DNA of 64,000 nucleotides from Lama guanicoe (GCA_013239625.1 MU053472.1:1364001-1428000); one strand, 5' to 3'; positions 37,322 through 51,593 are shown, numbered from the stretch's first letter. The notes: generated by a model not told the origin, from the sequence alone. A program made the numbers and translations.

Positions 37322-40300
37322 TAACTGCTACTTAGCAAACCATTGTTTCACCTGTAAAGCGTGGCCAAAAGCTTCACTCATGTTCTAGGCACGTGTTCCC
37401 CGTTCAGCATTCAGTCTGCACGGAAAGGAGCAGCCAAACGGCACGCTCACACGACTGCAGCCTCTGGACCTTGTCACAGTGAACTCTTCCCCAACAGGCT
37501 AAGAACAAAGATCTCTGTCAAATCTTTTATTTTCACAACTGAAAGCACACCTGCATGGGGGTTACTCCAAAGCAATAGTGAGTTCATTTTTCATGAAAGA
37601 GGATAGAGCTTGGATGGTAATAAGGGTCCAAATGCTTTGGGCAAAATCAGCTTTTGGGAACCCATAAAAATTACGGTCTAAAACACTCAACTGGCTCTAT
37701 TAAACCGGACGCAGGAGTGACCGACCCCCTGTGTGGCATATGGGTGTTACAGGGCTCCCGGATGCACCCAACTTGAGTAGCACCAAATTTTAGGAAAAAG
37801 ACTGGGTAAGAGAGAAAAAAAATGAAAGTCAGGAAAGGATGAGACCAAAGGTCCCTTACTTATTAACATTACTTTGCTGAACTAGAAAAACCTTTAAGTT
37901 GGTCTCGGCTTCCTTACACACATCCCCATCATATATGAAAAATTCATTCAAGCAATTGGTTATTGAGGTAAATTTTATTCTTTTCTTCGAGATTTTTTTT
38001 CTAACCTCATAAATTACGATATTCAGGTCTCCAATTTATCCTAAACATCCCTATTAAAAGGATAAATCCCACACTTAAAATTATTAGTGTATTATTCTTC
38101 ATTAGAACCAGAAACAAAAGCATATTAAATTAGATCACTAACAGAAAAGGCAATCTCTTTTCTAAACCTAGAGTGTTTATATTAAATCAAAGAAAACAAT
38201 ATTAAAGTAGTGGTAATAAGGGGAAACTATTAACAGTGACTTTTTTTTTAAAAGAAAAACTGGCTGCCATTGAACCCTGTGATCCTAGGCTTCTAAATAT
38301 CATGTTGCTTTATCATTGAATGTGAGCTAAGTTGAGTTCAAACTGAATGAGAGAAGATGAGGCCTTAAGTCATTTGCTTGATTTTATCCTAAAAAATGTT
38401 ACATGTGCACAAAACCAAAAAATATAAATTAAAAAAAAAACTTCATATGGAAACATAAGTTTCAAAATATTTATTGAAAAACAATTTACCATGACATTCC
38501 TATACCACAAACATACCACAGGACTCTAAATAACCAACAAAAGCATACAAAGCCTATCCTTAAAATATCTTTGGAGGTATTAAATATATAAGCCCATGAG
38601 GATAGAGCTGAGTAACTTAAAAATGTTAGTCCTTGGTCACACAGACTATTTGGTAACTAAGAGAGAGGTGCCTCTTGGCATTAGATTGCAATTAACTGGG
38701 AGGGGGAGGTGTAGGTGTGCCAATGTACTCTTTTCAAAATTAAAAATAATTCAATTTGAGGAATAAACCCAGGTTTCAAAATCACACAGCTATAATCTTA
38801 GGGTCTAGGCTTGCTTCATCTCTTTAGGTACCTCCCCTAATCAATCCCCTCCTGGGGACTTAAAAAAATACTGGCTCATAACTAACAAGATGGCAAGTAA
38901 CAGTTTTAAACAAGGTTATATTTGGGAAGTTCAAAAAAGTGTTTAAGATCAAATTTATCTGAAATCCCCAACTACTTTTTTTGTGTTCAACGTGGCAGAC
39001 AGATTAGATTCTTCCCCACCTCCCACCCCAATGTGCCTGTTAAAAGAAAACCAAAATTCAGCACACATCCACTCATCCACAGACCACTCCAAGCCATTAG
39101 CCAGGAGCAACATCTCTAACAGCCAAGTCATGAGCCCCTGAAAATAGGGGGTAAAACCCTGATTCTTAACTATAGAGGCACCAAATAAGCCCCTATAATA
39201 AGAATTGAGGTAATAGCAAAAGACCTTTCTTGTTTCTTGGATTGCTACACATCACAACTTCTCAAATTTGAGTATTACCTCAACATTAAATAACCTGACT
39301 GGCTTAAAAAAAAAATCAAAACCCAATAAACAAAGATAGGTTAGTGAAACGTATCATTAGGGGAGTCTTTCCATCTGACTCCTGAATTTCAAATAAAATG
39401 ACCTAGTTGGACTATTATTTACCACAAACATGAAGGATTTCTAAGAAGGCTTGCTTATTTCTGGGCATTTATTTTTCCATTAATCCCCGTAAGCCATACG
39501 GTAACCTAAAATTCCCATCTGGACATGAGCTATTTCATGACTCTTAGCCAATACACGTGCTAAGTAACTGCATTGATTATTAGGGTAACATTTAAAATGA
39601 AGGGGATGGCTGCAGCAGATCTTTATAGACTTGCTTATGGCATTGCCATCTGTGTACCTTGACTAAAGATATGCCACTGAAACTGCCAAATTTCCCTAGT
39701 TTGGTGTCTATTACATGAATATAATCTTTGCATTATCACTTTTCATTACACATCTAAGTGAAATCATTCTACTGATAAAAAGTATAAGCAGGGGCTAAAA
39801 TAATAATCTAAAGCCTCTGGTCCAAATAACCCCTTTCTACATTAGGCTGGTCCTTTTCAGATCCTCCTGGTCCTGTTAGCAAACACTATCAGAGCATCTT
39901 GCATTTTTGTACCCCCCAAAAACACAACAAAACCAAAACAATCAAAGAGTTAAAATTGCTGGTTTATCAGCTTTTGTGTTACTTACAGATCAACACTGGT
40001 CCAGTTCAGAAGAGTCTGACAGTCCTTCCCTTGAACTAGAGCTCTGGAGTGGCTGTGTCCACCTCTCTGGGTAAGGCAGCCAAACCTACGTCAGGATGTC
40101 CCTCTTCTATTAGTACTTGTGTTAACTTTGCTATACTGCATAGAAAGATTTTCCCCATAAAATTTCTTTACAATACAGTATTGAATACCTCCACAAGGAA
40201 GAATTATATGTTAAAAAGTTGTTAAAATCATCCTTACATAATAAGAATGCAACTCTTTTAAACTCTTAAATAGTTTTATTTAGGGGTTCTTTTTTTCTTT

Positions 40301-40598
40301 CAGGCTTTCTGCAAAATGAATTATTTTTTTAAAAAGAAAAAAAATTTTCCTGTTGTTTATTCTACTAGGTTGAAAATATGGGCCAGACTACTTATACATG
40401 CGGTACATGCTGAATATAACTGAATATATGCTTATTCCTATGGACACTCTGCAAGGTAGGGATCACCCACATAGGGTCAATGGACTGGACCAGTGTTTCA
40501 ATGCAAATGCCAGCCTCAAAAAACAACATGGTTTTGATTTCACAGTATGAATTCCCTGGAATCTGGGAAAAGGTAAATTAGTTAACTGAGGTCCTCCC

Positions 40599-40852
40599 TC
40601 AGCAGCTGGGTCCCTCAACATTCTGAGAAATCAGGAAGGACTGCACCACTTCCTCAGTGGACTGGGAGCTGGTGTTGACGTCTTCAAGAGCATCGGTTAC
40701 TGAATACTGCCGATCTCGCAACCGGTTCCAGTTAGACAGAACATTGTGATACTCAAACACTTTCTCGTAATTTCCAATGGAGTTGTAAAGTTTAATGAGA
40801 CCTCGGTAATCATATTCTAGTCCACTGTAGCCTTCACCAAAAAGTTTCTTCC
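40599..40852 (-). CDS. APPBP2: APPBP2 exon 13 coding part (KKLFGEGYSGLEYDYRG...NVEGPSC*)
   Basis: ctttcag|GG; TGA at 40601-40599; all exon phases join into one open frame. Confidence 0.97.
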
Positions 40853-41893
40853 CTGAAAGTAACCAAAAAAACAAAAGAAAGAAAGCTCAAATAACAAAAT
40901 AACAAGTGGTTATTGAACAACGCAAGTTCAATTCTTTAAAATAGGGTGGCTTGGTTTTTTTTGCTTAAAAGGAACAGATTCAATTCTCATATCAGCATTC
41001 CCAACACAGTCCTACCCATAAACTATATCCAGGACTTAAAAAAAAGTTTCTCTTGTTTGAAGCAGTTGAATAGAACAAAATTATAAAACACTCATTAGAA
41101 TAAAATTATAGAATAGCATATTCTGAAGGGACCGATTTAAAGAGATCTAAAGAATGGCAGTCTGATTATATTAAAATTTAGGAACGTCTGTTTTTTTGAA
41201 AGGCATCAAGAAACAAGGGGTAGAGTGAGAGTTATCTACAATACATTTAACCAACAAAGGGCTTGTTACAGCCAAAGTGGATAAAGAATCTCTATGCGCC
41301 AAGAAGAAAATGACAGACAAACTCAATATAAAAATGGGCAAGAATTTTAACAGGCACATCACTACATGATGGCTACAGTATCTTATTTTGTAATAGGCCT
41401 GAACTGGAAACAATCCAACGCTCCATGTATCCATGAACAGGAGAATGGATAAATAATCATATACTAATCCAATACAGTATTATATGGCACTGGAAACTAA
41501 CAGGCAACAGTGACATGAAACAACACAGATGTATTTCACAATTCGTGTTCACCAGAAGAATCCAGACATATAAAAATACACATTGTATGATTTCATTTAT
41601 ATCAAGTTCAAAAACAGGTATACTTAATCTATGTTAAAATCAGGAGAAGGGAGGGGATGGGTAAAAAACTACTTTTGCCTTTACCTGACACATTACTGTC
41701 ATACGTTTTACTAGTGGCTTCAACAACAAATAATCTTTAGCAAAATGCTCCAGGTGATTTTTCAGTGGTTCCTGAATATCCTTAGCAGCTCTGAACTCAT
41801 TTAATTCTTAATAACAATAATGATAATAACACTTCTCTTATACAACATATAAGAATGCTGATCTCTAATCAAGAAAATTTTAAAATAACATAC

Positions 41894-42059
41894 CAATTGC
41901 TATAGATCGCAAATAAAGTTTCTCAGCATTTTCAAACTGATTCATGTCATAATTATATAAAGAAGCCAGATGTCCCACTGAAAGGGCTACTTCATAATCT
42001 TCTTGCCCAAGAAGTTGCTCTTTAATCTGAATTGCTTTGATGTGCATTTCTTCAGCTTC
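41894..42059 (-). CDS. APPBP2: APPBP2 exon 12 (EAEEMHIKAIQIKEQLLGQEDYEVALSVGHLASLYNYDMNQFENAEKLYLRSIAI)
   Basis: ttttcag| and |gtatgt; 166 nt; kinesin-light-chain-like TPR. Confidence 0.97.
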
Positions 42060-43007
42060 CTGAAAAATAATTAAGCTGAATTAACCATTAGATTAAACAT
42101 TTAGATTAAACCTTACGTTGGTAATTCTTACTCAATAAGTAAGGTTCTTCTAAATGCCAAAGGCATCATGTGCATGGCATAAGGCAATCAGATCAGGGAA
42201 CACACTATACTACTCCAAAAGCTGCCCGTGGGAAGCATTTCTGTTTGGGGAAGCTATGCATGTAAGCTGATGATAGTAACCGAGTCCTACCGCAAAATGA
42301 CAAGAGAAAATTTGTCCTGGTAAAAAAAAATTGTTAGAAGAACTTAACATCAAAACATTCCAAAAAGAAAATTACTTCTTTCGGTTAACATGTTCCAAAT
42401 TTTAACAGAAACTTAAGAAAGTCTATACTACAGTATGTTACTTTACATAGAAGTACATTTTTATTTTTTAGAGTTTTGACAAATTTTCTTCCAACAAAGT
42501 CAGGTTAATTGAGGGACATGTAAACTGATTTTCAAGTAAAAATGAATGTCTTAAAGACAGCAACTCTCATCCTTTCCTTATTGTGACCCTAAAATTTTAT
42601 AATCCAGATTTCTAAAAGGGAAGTAAATTCAGTAAATTTTTATCACTACAAATAATACTTGCAGTATCTTACATTTCTTGCATATCTACTGTGCGTCCAT
42701 GCATTCTGCTACGTGCTGTACTTAATCTACTAGATAAGTTTAACTATAACTGTTTTAGTCTTTATGGTTTGATGTATTTCTTATTTTTGTATGGTCTTTA
42801 TTTCTGAATTTTATTTATATTTTGACTACATTGTTATACACTAGCTATTTTCTCAAGTTTGATGTGAAATAATGTAGGAGTGCAGTAGTGCATACTTTAT
42901 TATTTAAGATTACTAATGATGCATTATTTAAGATTTATTATTTAAGGTTGCACTTTATTACCTAAGATTATTTAGAGAAAGAAAAATACAGTAAAATATG
43001 CTTCTAC

Positions 43008-43198
43008 CTTAAATTTTCTCATTGACTGATAAAGTCTTCCAAGGTTTCCATAGTGTTTTGCAGTCTGTACATTAAATTCACCAAAAGCTTTTTTAGCTAG
43101 CTGGAGTGAAGACAGGTGCAAATCATGAGCTTCTTGTAGTAGCCTCTGTTCAGTTTCTTTATTATGACAGTCAATTGCAATCTCCTCTAAAATAAGTG
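43008..43198 (-). CDS. APPBP2: APPBP2 exon 11 (LILEEIAIDCHNKETEQRLLQEAHDL...SMRKFK)
   Basis: tattcag| and |gtagaa; 191 nt; TPR repeat. Confidence 0.97.
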
Positions 43199-44786
43199 CT
43201 GAATAAGAAAGCAATAAAATTAGTGCATTTTTAAACCATCTATCAAGGCTAACAGAACATAAGATTTAAAATTAAATTCTACAGATGTTTGTTGCATACA
43301 TTTATATGTGGTTACGGTTTAGAACTGGTAAAGGTATTCCATTTTAATGAAAGAATACTTTAGGGGTCATTCTATTTTGCATTGTACAATGTATTTCAAA
43401 TTTAAGAAAAACAATGGTATACATCAAAATATTTTGCAGAATTATTTTCTATTTTATCAGACCTGTTATACTTTGCTGATATGACTTAGTTTTTTAAGCA
43501 AGTGGAAGGAAGATAAGAACAAAAAGGCACATTTTTTAGTTGTGAAACTGGGTCAAGGAGTACCTAAGCACTGACGAAAATTTTGAAACCACATTTTGTA
43601 GAATATAACCTTTAACCAAAAACAACTAAAGGAACTGGTTTCCTCCTACTCACTAGACCAACCAAATCAGGCAAGAAGACAGCTCAATTTCAAAGTCTCA
43701 TTCAAGACTTTCAAATTCCATTTAAAGTCTTAAAAAAAATATATATTTTTACCAGGTCATTTTGTTTCTACGAAAACTATCCATGTACACAAAAGTAAAA
43801 GAGATTAAGTTCACTGTAGCATTTTTAAAAATAATATAAAGGTCTAGTAAGACAGGTGAGGTTAAAAACATTAGAAAAAAGGATACATACATACATGTAT
43901 TGAAATGGGAAAATGTTTATAACACAGCAAATGAACAAGTAGATTATAGAACTCAAAAAAAGAAATTATTCACTCATTCCATTATTTGAAGAGAAAAGAG
44001 TCTAAAAAAATATGTACCAAACTGTTGATACTGGATTGATGAGATTTCAGGTGACTTATTTTCTTCTCTTTTCTATCTAACTTTTAATTTTGTGTGACTT
44101 TAAAAATGCAAACCTAGAGTGGGGAAAAATCTAGTTCCAAAATTAAGGTAAAAGTTATCCACAGAATTACCACAATGGTGACCCAATCGTGTTGGCAAAA
44201 TAAATGCCTTAAATAAAAGGGCTTTGGTAGTGATTTGCAGAAAAGATAAAACACAAAAAGACGAAAGTGGTATGTGGTAAGAGCCTTGCAACATTAAGGG
44301 TAACCTGATACGAAACTGAGTTTCACGATCCTGCATTATAAAGCTGATGGTATGTGAAAAAACTCATCTTTAATTTGCTATCCATTTCACTGCACAGTAC
44401 AGTAATCATTTGTGATTCTTCCACTCCCCCACAAAAGAAAGGAATGAATGATTAAATGAGGAAAGAAAGAAAGGGAGAAAGAAAGAGGCAAAAGAAAGGT
44501 ATTCTGGTTTATTAACAATGTTACACGAGAGAAGCAAACAAATTCTTAAGTAGAGCTGTAGGTAAGTACTTTAAATCAGTGAATTGGCTATTTTAGTAAT
44601 ATACAGATATAGTCTAATCCTGAGGAAATAAACAAATACCTCTATTTTATACCATATATCATCAAATTAAAAATATCACAGACTAGACATTATTACAACT
44701 GACAGCTGAAGAAATCTGAAAAAAATATATATGTATGCATGTGTGTGAATATATATATATATGGGAGACTAGATTACAAAGGGTAC

Positions 44787-44872
44787 CTTTCACCCTCTTT
44801 GAAGAAGCCAAAAGAAGATGATCCTCAGGTAGGATGTGGGTAATGATACCAATAGCTCTTTCTGCATGAAAT
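44787..44872 (-). CDS. APPBP2: APPBP2 exon 10 (FHAERAIGIITHILPEDHLLLASSKRVK)
   Basis: attgcag| and |gtaccc; 86 nt. Confidence 0.97.
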
Positions 44873-45614
44873 CTGCAATACAGATATATATATATTCTAG
44901 CATTTCTTTTCAGTTATAAATGATTTAAGTATTTTAAAAAATCACAATTTATAATATAATACTGATAGAATTTCCAAAACTATTTGTGGTCAAGGACTAG
45001 TTTTTTGTTTGTTTTAAATTCTAAATCTTTTGTGGTCTAAACTTTTAACATCCAGTGGATCCCCATCTCCCCCAGAATCAACTATGAAGGTGTTATTATA
45101 GCCTACAAGGCTCAATACGATCTTTCACTAGGCCACCTCTCTGACCTCATCTCCTACCATTCTCAGAAATAAACCCCTCTTTCCTTTCCAGCCACACAGG
45201 CCTAGCAGTTTCCTGACCACGTAAAGCATGTCCTCTCCTAGGACTCTCGCACTTGCTTTACTGTCTCTGGAATGCTCTTCCCCTGAATGTCCACATGGCT
45301 CACTCCTCACTGAAGTCTTTCCAGACCAGCCTATACAAAAGATCTTAAAATATATTCCATCACTCTCTAAACTCGCAGCTTCCTTTATTCTTCTTTATAC
45401 TGCTTTCTCACCTGACATGTTTGGTTGTTTATGGCCCATCTTGCCAAAGAAAAGAGGTAAGCTGTTTGTCTATTTTATCTGCCAGTTCCTTTCAAACAAC
45501 TCCACATCTTCTATCCTCCTCTCTCAGGTAATCATTAATTTTCTCAGATCTGTCTTCCAGTTCACTAATTGTCTCTTTAGTTGTGCCTAATCTGCTGTTT
45601 AACTTGTCTATTGA

Positions 45615-45744
45615 TTTTTTTTTTTTTTAGCAGGGGGAGGTAATTAAGTTTGTTTATTTATTTTTAGAGGAGGTACTGGGGACTGAACCCAGGACCTTGT
45701 GCATGCTGAGCATGCGCTCTACCACTGAGCTATACCCTCCCCCC
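45615..45744 (-). mobile_element. Vic-1-like SINE
   Basis: ggaggtactggggactgaacccaggacc...ctaccactgagctataccctcccc. Confidence 0.88.
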
Positions 45745-46169
45745 TTGAGTTTTAATATCAATGACTATTTTCTAATTCTAGCTATATTTTGCCTTTGGTA
45801 ACAGTGCTTAAGATATGATTCACACGACACAATTCAGCCATTTAAAGTGTATGACCAGTGGTTTTTGGTGTATTTTAGTTATGCACCCTTCACAATTAAT
45901 TTTAGAATATTTTGATTCCCCCAAAGAGCCCCTGTAGCCATCAGCACTCACTTCATTTCCTCCAACTCCCCCAGCCCTGTCTCCACAGGTTTGCCTATTT
46001 TGGATATTTCATATAAATGAAACTATATAATGCAGCCCCTTGGGACTGGCTTCTTTCACTTAGCACACTGTTTTTTAGACGTTCATCCATGCTGTAGCAT
46101 GTGTCAGATGTTTTATTTTTAAACTGACTTTTTTATTTTCCCTCCAAAATATTACCTTCCTTTATATTA

Positions 46170-46355
46170 ATATCAGCAAATTTTTTCTGTAAAGGGACAG
46201 ACAGTAAATACTTCAGATTATTTGGGCCACACTCTGCCCCAACTACTCAACTCTGCTGTTAGTAGCATGAAAGCAACCACAGACAATAACACAAGCGAGT
46301 GAGCGCTGTGTTCCAATAAACCTTTATTTTGCTTATAGACCACAGTTTGCCAACA
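46170..46355. mobile_element. MER58-like hAT fossil
   Basis: cagcaaattttttctgtaaagggacaga...ctgtgttccaataaa...cacagtttgcca. Confidence 0.65.
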
Positions 46356-47439
46356 TATTTTATATCTTTAATTGTTTAAGAATAGTTAATCTATAGTAGC
46401 AATCAAAAAGTTCTATTAACTGATATTTTTAGGGTTCTAATCTTGTTCATTATGTCTGCTGACTCACTCATCGAAGAAATGTTTCCTTACTTATGTAAAA
46501 AAATTTTATGGTGAGTTCATTATAGGTAAAGCTAGATTTATAGGAAGACTGTGGTTTGGAATGAAGGTTAAGTCTTTCCAACAGTTTTGCATTTTCTTCT
46601 GAAAAGCATCCCAGAAGAACGAGCAGTTCCAAAGTGCTTGTTAATGTTTTTCTCAGTTTGGCAGTTCTTGCATGCCTGATGCCCAAACCCAAGAGCAGTA
46701 GAAGTCTGTAGCTACACGTTCCCCTGTGAGGTTCCTTTTTTGTTCAACTGAAAGCCCAACTCGAGATGGACAAATTTCCATGTCACCTCTCTTGCTAGTA
46801 GGCAGTTTTTTTCCCCTCTAGTCCACCCCTTCCCTGACGGTGCAGCCTTGATCTTGGCTTTATGTGAGGGTTTCCGTTCTACATCACAGCTTCCTGTGGG
46901 CTAAATGCCTTGTCCCTTAAACCCAGGACTGCTGTTCAACCAAGGTTACAGAAACTTCTAAGCTTTCCCATCACCCCAGAACAGTTACACCACAGCTCAT
47001 GGCTACTCTTTTGGACTTTAGTCCATTATTGTCCCTTGGGGATTTCCTCACCACTACAAGCTCAGTTATACATTTAAAAAGATGATTGTTAATTTTTTTT
47101 TCAGTATTTCTGCATGTTTTGAGCAAGAAGTTTTTAGGTTAAGTCTGCCATTTAGCCAGACACTACTGGATTATTCAAGGAAAAATTACTGAAGTAGACA
47201 CTTAAAAAATAAGTCATATTCTTTATGAAGGTATATGACTCTCAATATTAAACCACATACGATCTAAATGAGTGGTTTACAAGTTGGTATGATTTTTAAA
47301 TGACTTCAAGAGCATTTTAGGCAACTTATTAAAGCTCTAGGAGGGCAAATTTAATCCACAAGGTACATTAAATACTATTGTATTAGGAAAAACAAAACAA
47401 AACAATAGCAACAGCACTGGAAAGGAATGTGGAACTTAC

Positions 47440-47564
47440 AGTGCATTGTCGAACTTCCCAGAGCTATACTGGTGAACGTAAGAAGAATAGGCCAAGTCTT
47501 CGTGAGCTGTTGCTACGTGGATATTTTTGCCACCAAACACTGACTGCCGAATGTCAAGCGCTGC
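47440..47564 (-). CDS. APPBP2: APPBP2 exon 9 (AALDIRQSVFGGKNIHVATAHEDLAYSSYVHQYSSGKFDNAL)
   Basis: ctttcag| and |gtaagt; 125 nt. Confidence 0.97.
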
Positions 47565-48250
47565 CTGAAAGAGTAACGAAAATAACTGATGATACTGTAA
47601 ATCCTTAGAAAACATGACCTAGTTAAGCTAAGCATCCCAGAAAGTTATACATATATTCTATATACTCAATCCCGTCGGTTTCAAAGAAAGGTCCTGCTAT
47701 ATTTAAATCACAATAGAATATAAAAGTCACTTATAAGGCCCAGTTTGAGTCTGACTTATAAGGTAATGGCTTAGTAATAAAAATCATTTACATGTGTTGG
47801 GAAATACATCAGTGTTTTTCTCTGTGTCCTTCAGAAGTGAACTATAAAGCCAAGGATACCTTGTTATTGCCAGAGCAATGGCGTAACACATCATTTACCT
47901 GAGAATGAGTAAGACCAGACCTAAAATATTGCTATTAACCCTCCTTGCTATTGCAAAGGCAGCTATAATGATTTGTGCTAAATCAACAACAAAGACAAGC
48001 CATCAACTGGGTAAATGAAAACTGCTCTTGAACATTAACCAACAATTGAAAAACTTTTTTCCTGGATGATTTTCTTTAATTCCTACAACATTAACTTTTA
48101 AGCCATCTAGGCAATATTTAGTAAAATAATGATGAAATAATGAGGAAGGTCTCAGAAAGAGTTATTTTTAGAGAGTGATTTATGCACCACAAATACTGGG
48201 TCACCAAGTCAATTTAGGTTGAAAGAAAAAAAGTGTAACTGTTAACATAC

Positions 48251-48356
48251 CTGATAAATTGCAACAGACTGACAGATATTATCTACATTGAGTAAGTAGA
48301 ACCCATAATCTAGCAGCGTATCAGAATATTTTGGGTGTTTGGATCCAAAATGATCC
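48251..48356 (-). CDS. APPBP2: APPBP2 exon 8 (DHFGSKHPKYSDTLLDYGFYLLNVDNICQSVAIYQ)
   Basis: ttcgtag| and |gtatgt; 106 nt; TPR repeat. Confidence 0.97.
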
Positions 48357-48437
48357 CTACGAAAAAGATACAAAACTATTAGGATACAAAGTAGAGAGAG
48401 ACAATTTGAAATGGTATTTTTAATAACAACCACATAC

Positions 48438-48505
48438 CGTGCCAAATACACTGCATGCTTAATTAACTGTTCTGCCTTCTTAAATTCACGTTTTACAACA
48501 CATGC
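48438..48505 (-). CDS. APPBP2: APPBP2 exon 7 (ACVVKREFKKAEQLIKHAVYLAR)
   Basis: tctttag| and |gtatgt; 68 nt. Confidence 0.97.
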
Positions 48506-48763
48506 CTAAAGACAAAGTGAAAAACTGTTAAATAACTCAGTCAATTAGCATGGTAAAACTAGTTTATACGCTCAAACTATAATGATCAAAAAGGAAAAAA
48601 AGTATCTTCAAATATACACAGAATGGTTCTGTTTTTAATTTCTTTCCTCCCAAGTATTTGAAAATTTCATTATAAACATATCTGTACATATTCTGGGAAA
48701 TTATGAAACTTAAAATTTGACAGTCATGCCCAAGAAAAAACCTGTCAATAACAAAGTTATCTT

Positions 48764-48851
48764 GGGGGGAGAGTACAGCGTGGTGGTAGAGTGCATGCTT
48801 GGCATGCACAATGTCCTGGGTACAATTCCTGGTACCTCCATGAAAAAAAAA
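48764..48851 (+). mobile_element. Vic-1-like SINE (short)
   Basis: Flanked by acaaagttatctt / acacagttatctt TSD-like repeats. Confidence 0.8.
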
Positions 48852-49701
48852 GACAAACACAGTTATCTTACAAAGCTGGTATGCCCCCACCTTCCATATT
48901 ATTAAAATAAATCAGTTGGAGAGGGGGTCATCATATTATTTTGTAAGGTATTTATTAATATCCCAGGTCTAGAGTGGCTTATAACTGTTTTGTAGTTTTC
49001 CATCTAATAATTTTTAAATGCACAGAATTTCAAGTTTTACTATTACTTCTTAAAATACTTTGATTCAGGAGAAAGCCAGTAGTCTTTAAACTCTATCCTT
49101 TTCATATAGAAATATAAATCTTGTACATATATTAAACTGTCTTTATATTAAGTGTATAATCACTGGTTTAAATCAATTAAAAACATATTAATATCTCTTC
49201 TAGATCTGATGATAACCTGAATACATATGCTATTTACTTGCTCTAAAATGACTTACTTGAAAAGCACATCTCAATGCTTTAAAGCCTCAGGGTACCAAAG
49301 CAGCAATTTTTAAATACTATTAAGTGGCCTCAAAGAGTTAATAGATTTATTTACAGAATAAGAAGAAACTAGAGGAAAAAAAATCAAGTAAGTACTGCCC
49401 AACAGGTCAAGAAAAGGAAGCTATCACATTGTGAGATTGCAATACTGTGACTAAAAGATTTAATACTAGGCTACCCTTTAGTAGAAAAGTGACAAACCCA
49501 CACAAACATGGCATAAGGAATTCAGGTTGCTTCTTAAAAGTTTAAGAAAAGCCAGATTTCTAAAAATGAGCTGAGAAACTTAGAACATAGATTTTGTTAC
49601 CCATAAGTATGCAATATCTAATTTAAGTAGTAGGCTAATTAAAACAAATTTAAAGCTTACTAAATCATACAATTCATTTATAATTTTAACATTATATTCA
49701 C

Positions 49702-49791
49702 CTTAGAAGCTTGTCTTAAAACATCCACCACAACTTTGACTGGTAGGCCTGCTGTGATTTCTTTCATTGCCTCAATGCACCATTTATATGC
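49702..49791 (-). CDS. APPBP2: APPBP2 exon 6 (AYKWCIEAMKEITAGLPVKVVVDVLRQASK)
   Basis: tttttag| and |gtgaat; 90 nt, phase 0/0. Confidence 0.97.
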
Positions 49792-51424
49792 CTAAAAAAT
49801 ATTTACAGAAGAGTAAAAATCAAATTGACAATATTTAATGAAATGATTGTGAATTTTTTCCGAAAGCTTTCAAGTACTTGAATAAGAACACACAAGATAT
49901 TAACACTTAAAATTTTCTCTCAAAGACTAAGTTTTCCTGAAAGTTTAATTGGTCACATTTTTCTTTGGATATATGACGTATTCAGGAAATCAGAGGCATG
50001 TTCTCTCTCGTCCAGAAGCCTCTGCACATATTGTGCCCTCTGCCTTACAATACATTCCCTTCCTTCTTCAGTCCCTTAAACCACCTAACTTGTCTTTCAG
50101 GTTTTAGACCTAGACTAGGTTTCCTATGCTTTCCTTATTCCACTGTAACACTTATTATTTTATATCTTAATTGCTTGTTTAGTTGAGTGCTTATTTTGTG
50201 CTAGGTATTAGTTTAAGCATTTGAGTGCACTAATACATTTAACTGATACAACATCATTTTGAGATATGTACTATTATCATAGCAAAATGAGGCACGGAGA
50301 GGTTAAGAACCGGACAATGTACTAGCCTCTAAGGATCTAGTGGGGAACAAAACATAAAATGTCCTTCCTCTCCCAGAGCTCAGTGGGGGAATGCAAAAAA
50401 AAAAAGGAGGCAAATTACTTTGGATAGTAAGTACTTCTTCAAAGAAACAAAACAATATTATGAAAGAATCACAAAAAATGTGAGGAAAACAGAATAGAAA
50501 ATATTAGAAAATAAACATTGTGTTTTCTTCTGCAAGCGTCCACCTCTTCCATTCCAGCCGTCATTCATTGCTGGTGGGAATGCATATTGGTACAGACAGT
50601 TTGGTAGTTTCTTAAAAAGCTAAACATACTCTCACCATACAATTCAACAACCATATTTTTTGATGATGCCTTCTCAGATAGCATTAAAAGCAGGTTGACC
50701 CTAGCACTGGGGTTGCACAATATCACTTTACAATTATTCTAGAGTTTTCCAGTTTCACTTCTAATGGTCATTTTCCTTTATATATGGAACACACATTTAT
50801 TTATATTATGGGGCAAAAATTGAGATGGGATAATTTTAAAATATGAAAGCCAAATGGCAGCTATCTGACAGTAAAAAATAATTATGATATTCTTCCAAAA
50901 GTAACCTTGTAAAGTAGTTAAGCATACACAGATCACTTCTCAACTACGTATTCATTAGCACCAAGGCCTTAATTTAATAGTATAAAGCCAGGAGTAAGGC
51001 TATCTTTCTCATAATGCAGAGACAGAAGCAAAACAATGTAATAAATTATAAATAAAATTAGGTTCCCATTGAAATGAATGCCTTCAAGCTATGAGAGTTC
51101 ACTCAAAGAGCTACACATCCATTAAAAAAGCATCTAGTAAAGGTTCATTTAACAGAGCATGCCCTCAAAATAATTTAGGTAGAGATATATTTGGTCAAAT
51201 TAAAAATAAAAACAGGCCCTAAATCATATATGTTATGTTTAAAATCCATCTCATAGAATACTCCTTTTGCCTGATTTTAAATATTCCATTACAAATGTGT
51301 ACTGCTTTAAGTAAACCTAGTATGTGAGAATGAGATCTATTAAGGCAAATAGGAGATTACATGATTTATCTTCCATTTTATATATACTTACTGGTCACAA
51401 CGAAATGTACTTCAAAATACTCAC

Positions 51425-51593
51425 TTCATCATAGTGACTTTTTGCAAATAGGAGTGCACACAGTTCTCCATAGAGTGCAGCTTTATTTGCTTGCTGGCCG
51501 TGTTTTGAGAGTTTATCCATATACGTCTGAGCTAACTTAAATGTTTCTTCACCCAAATGATATTTGCAGTTTCCATTTCGCACATGAAGCAAC
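51425..51593 (-). CDS. APPBP2: APPBP2 exon 5 (LLHVRNGNCKYHLGEETFKLAQ...KSHYDE)
   Basis: Translation matches recalled human APPBP2; tttgcag| and |gtgagt; 169 nt. Confidence 0.97.

Larger units (their letters stand above)
35865..40598 (-). other. APPBP2: APPBP2 long 3' UTR (~4.7 kb)
   Basis: Repeat-poor AT-rich stretch after the stop, ending near AATAAA at 35886-35881 (minus strand). Confidence 0.7.

Noticed and set aside
42160..42330. Possible intronic snoRNA in APPBP2
   Set aside because: No convincing C/D or H/ACA box arrangement with terminal stems
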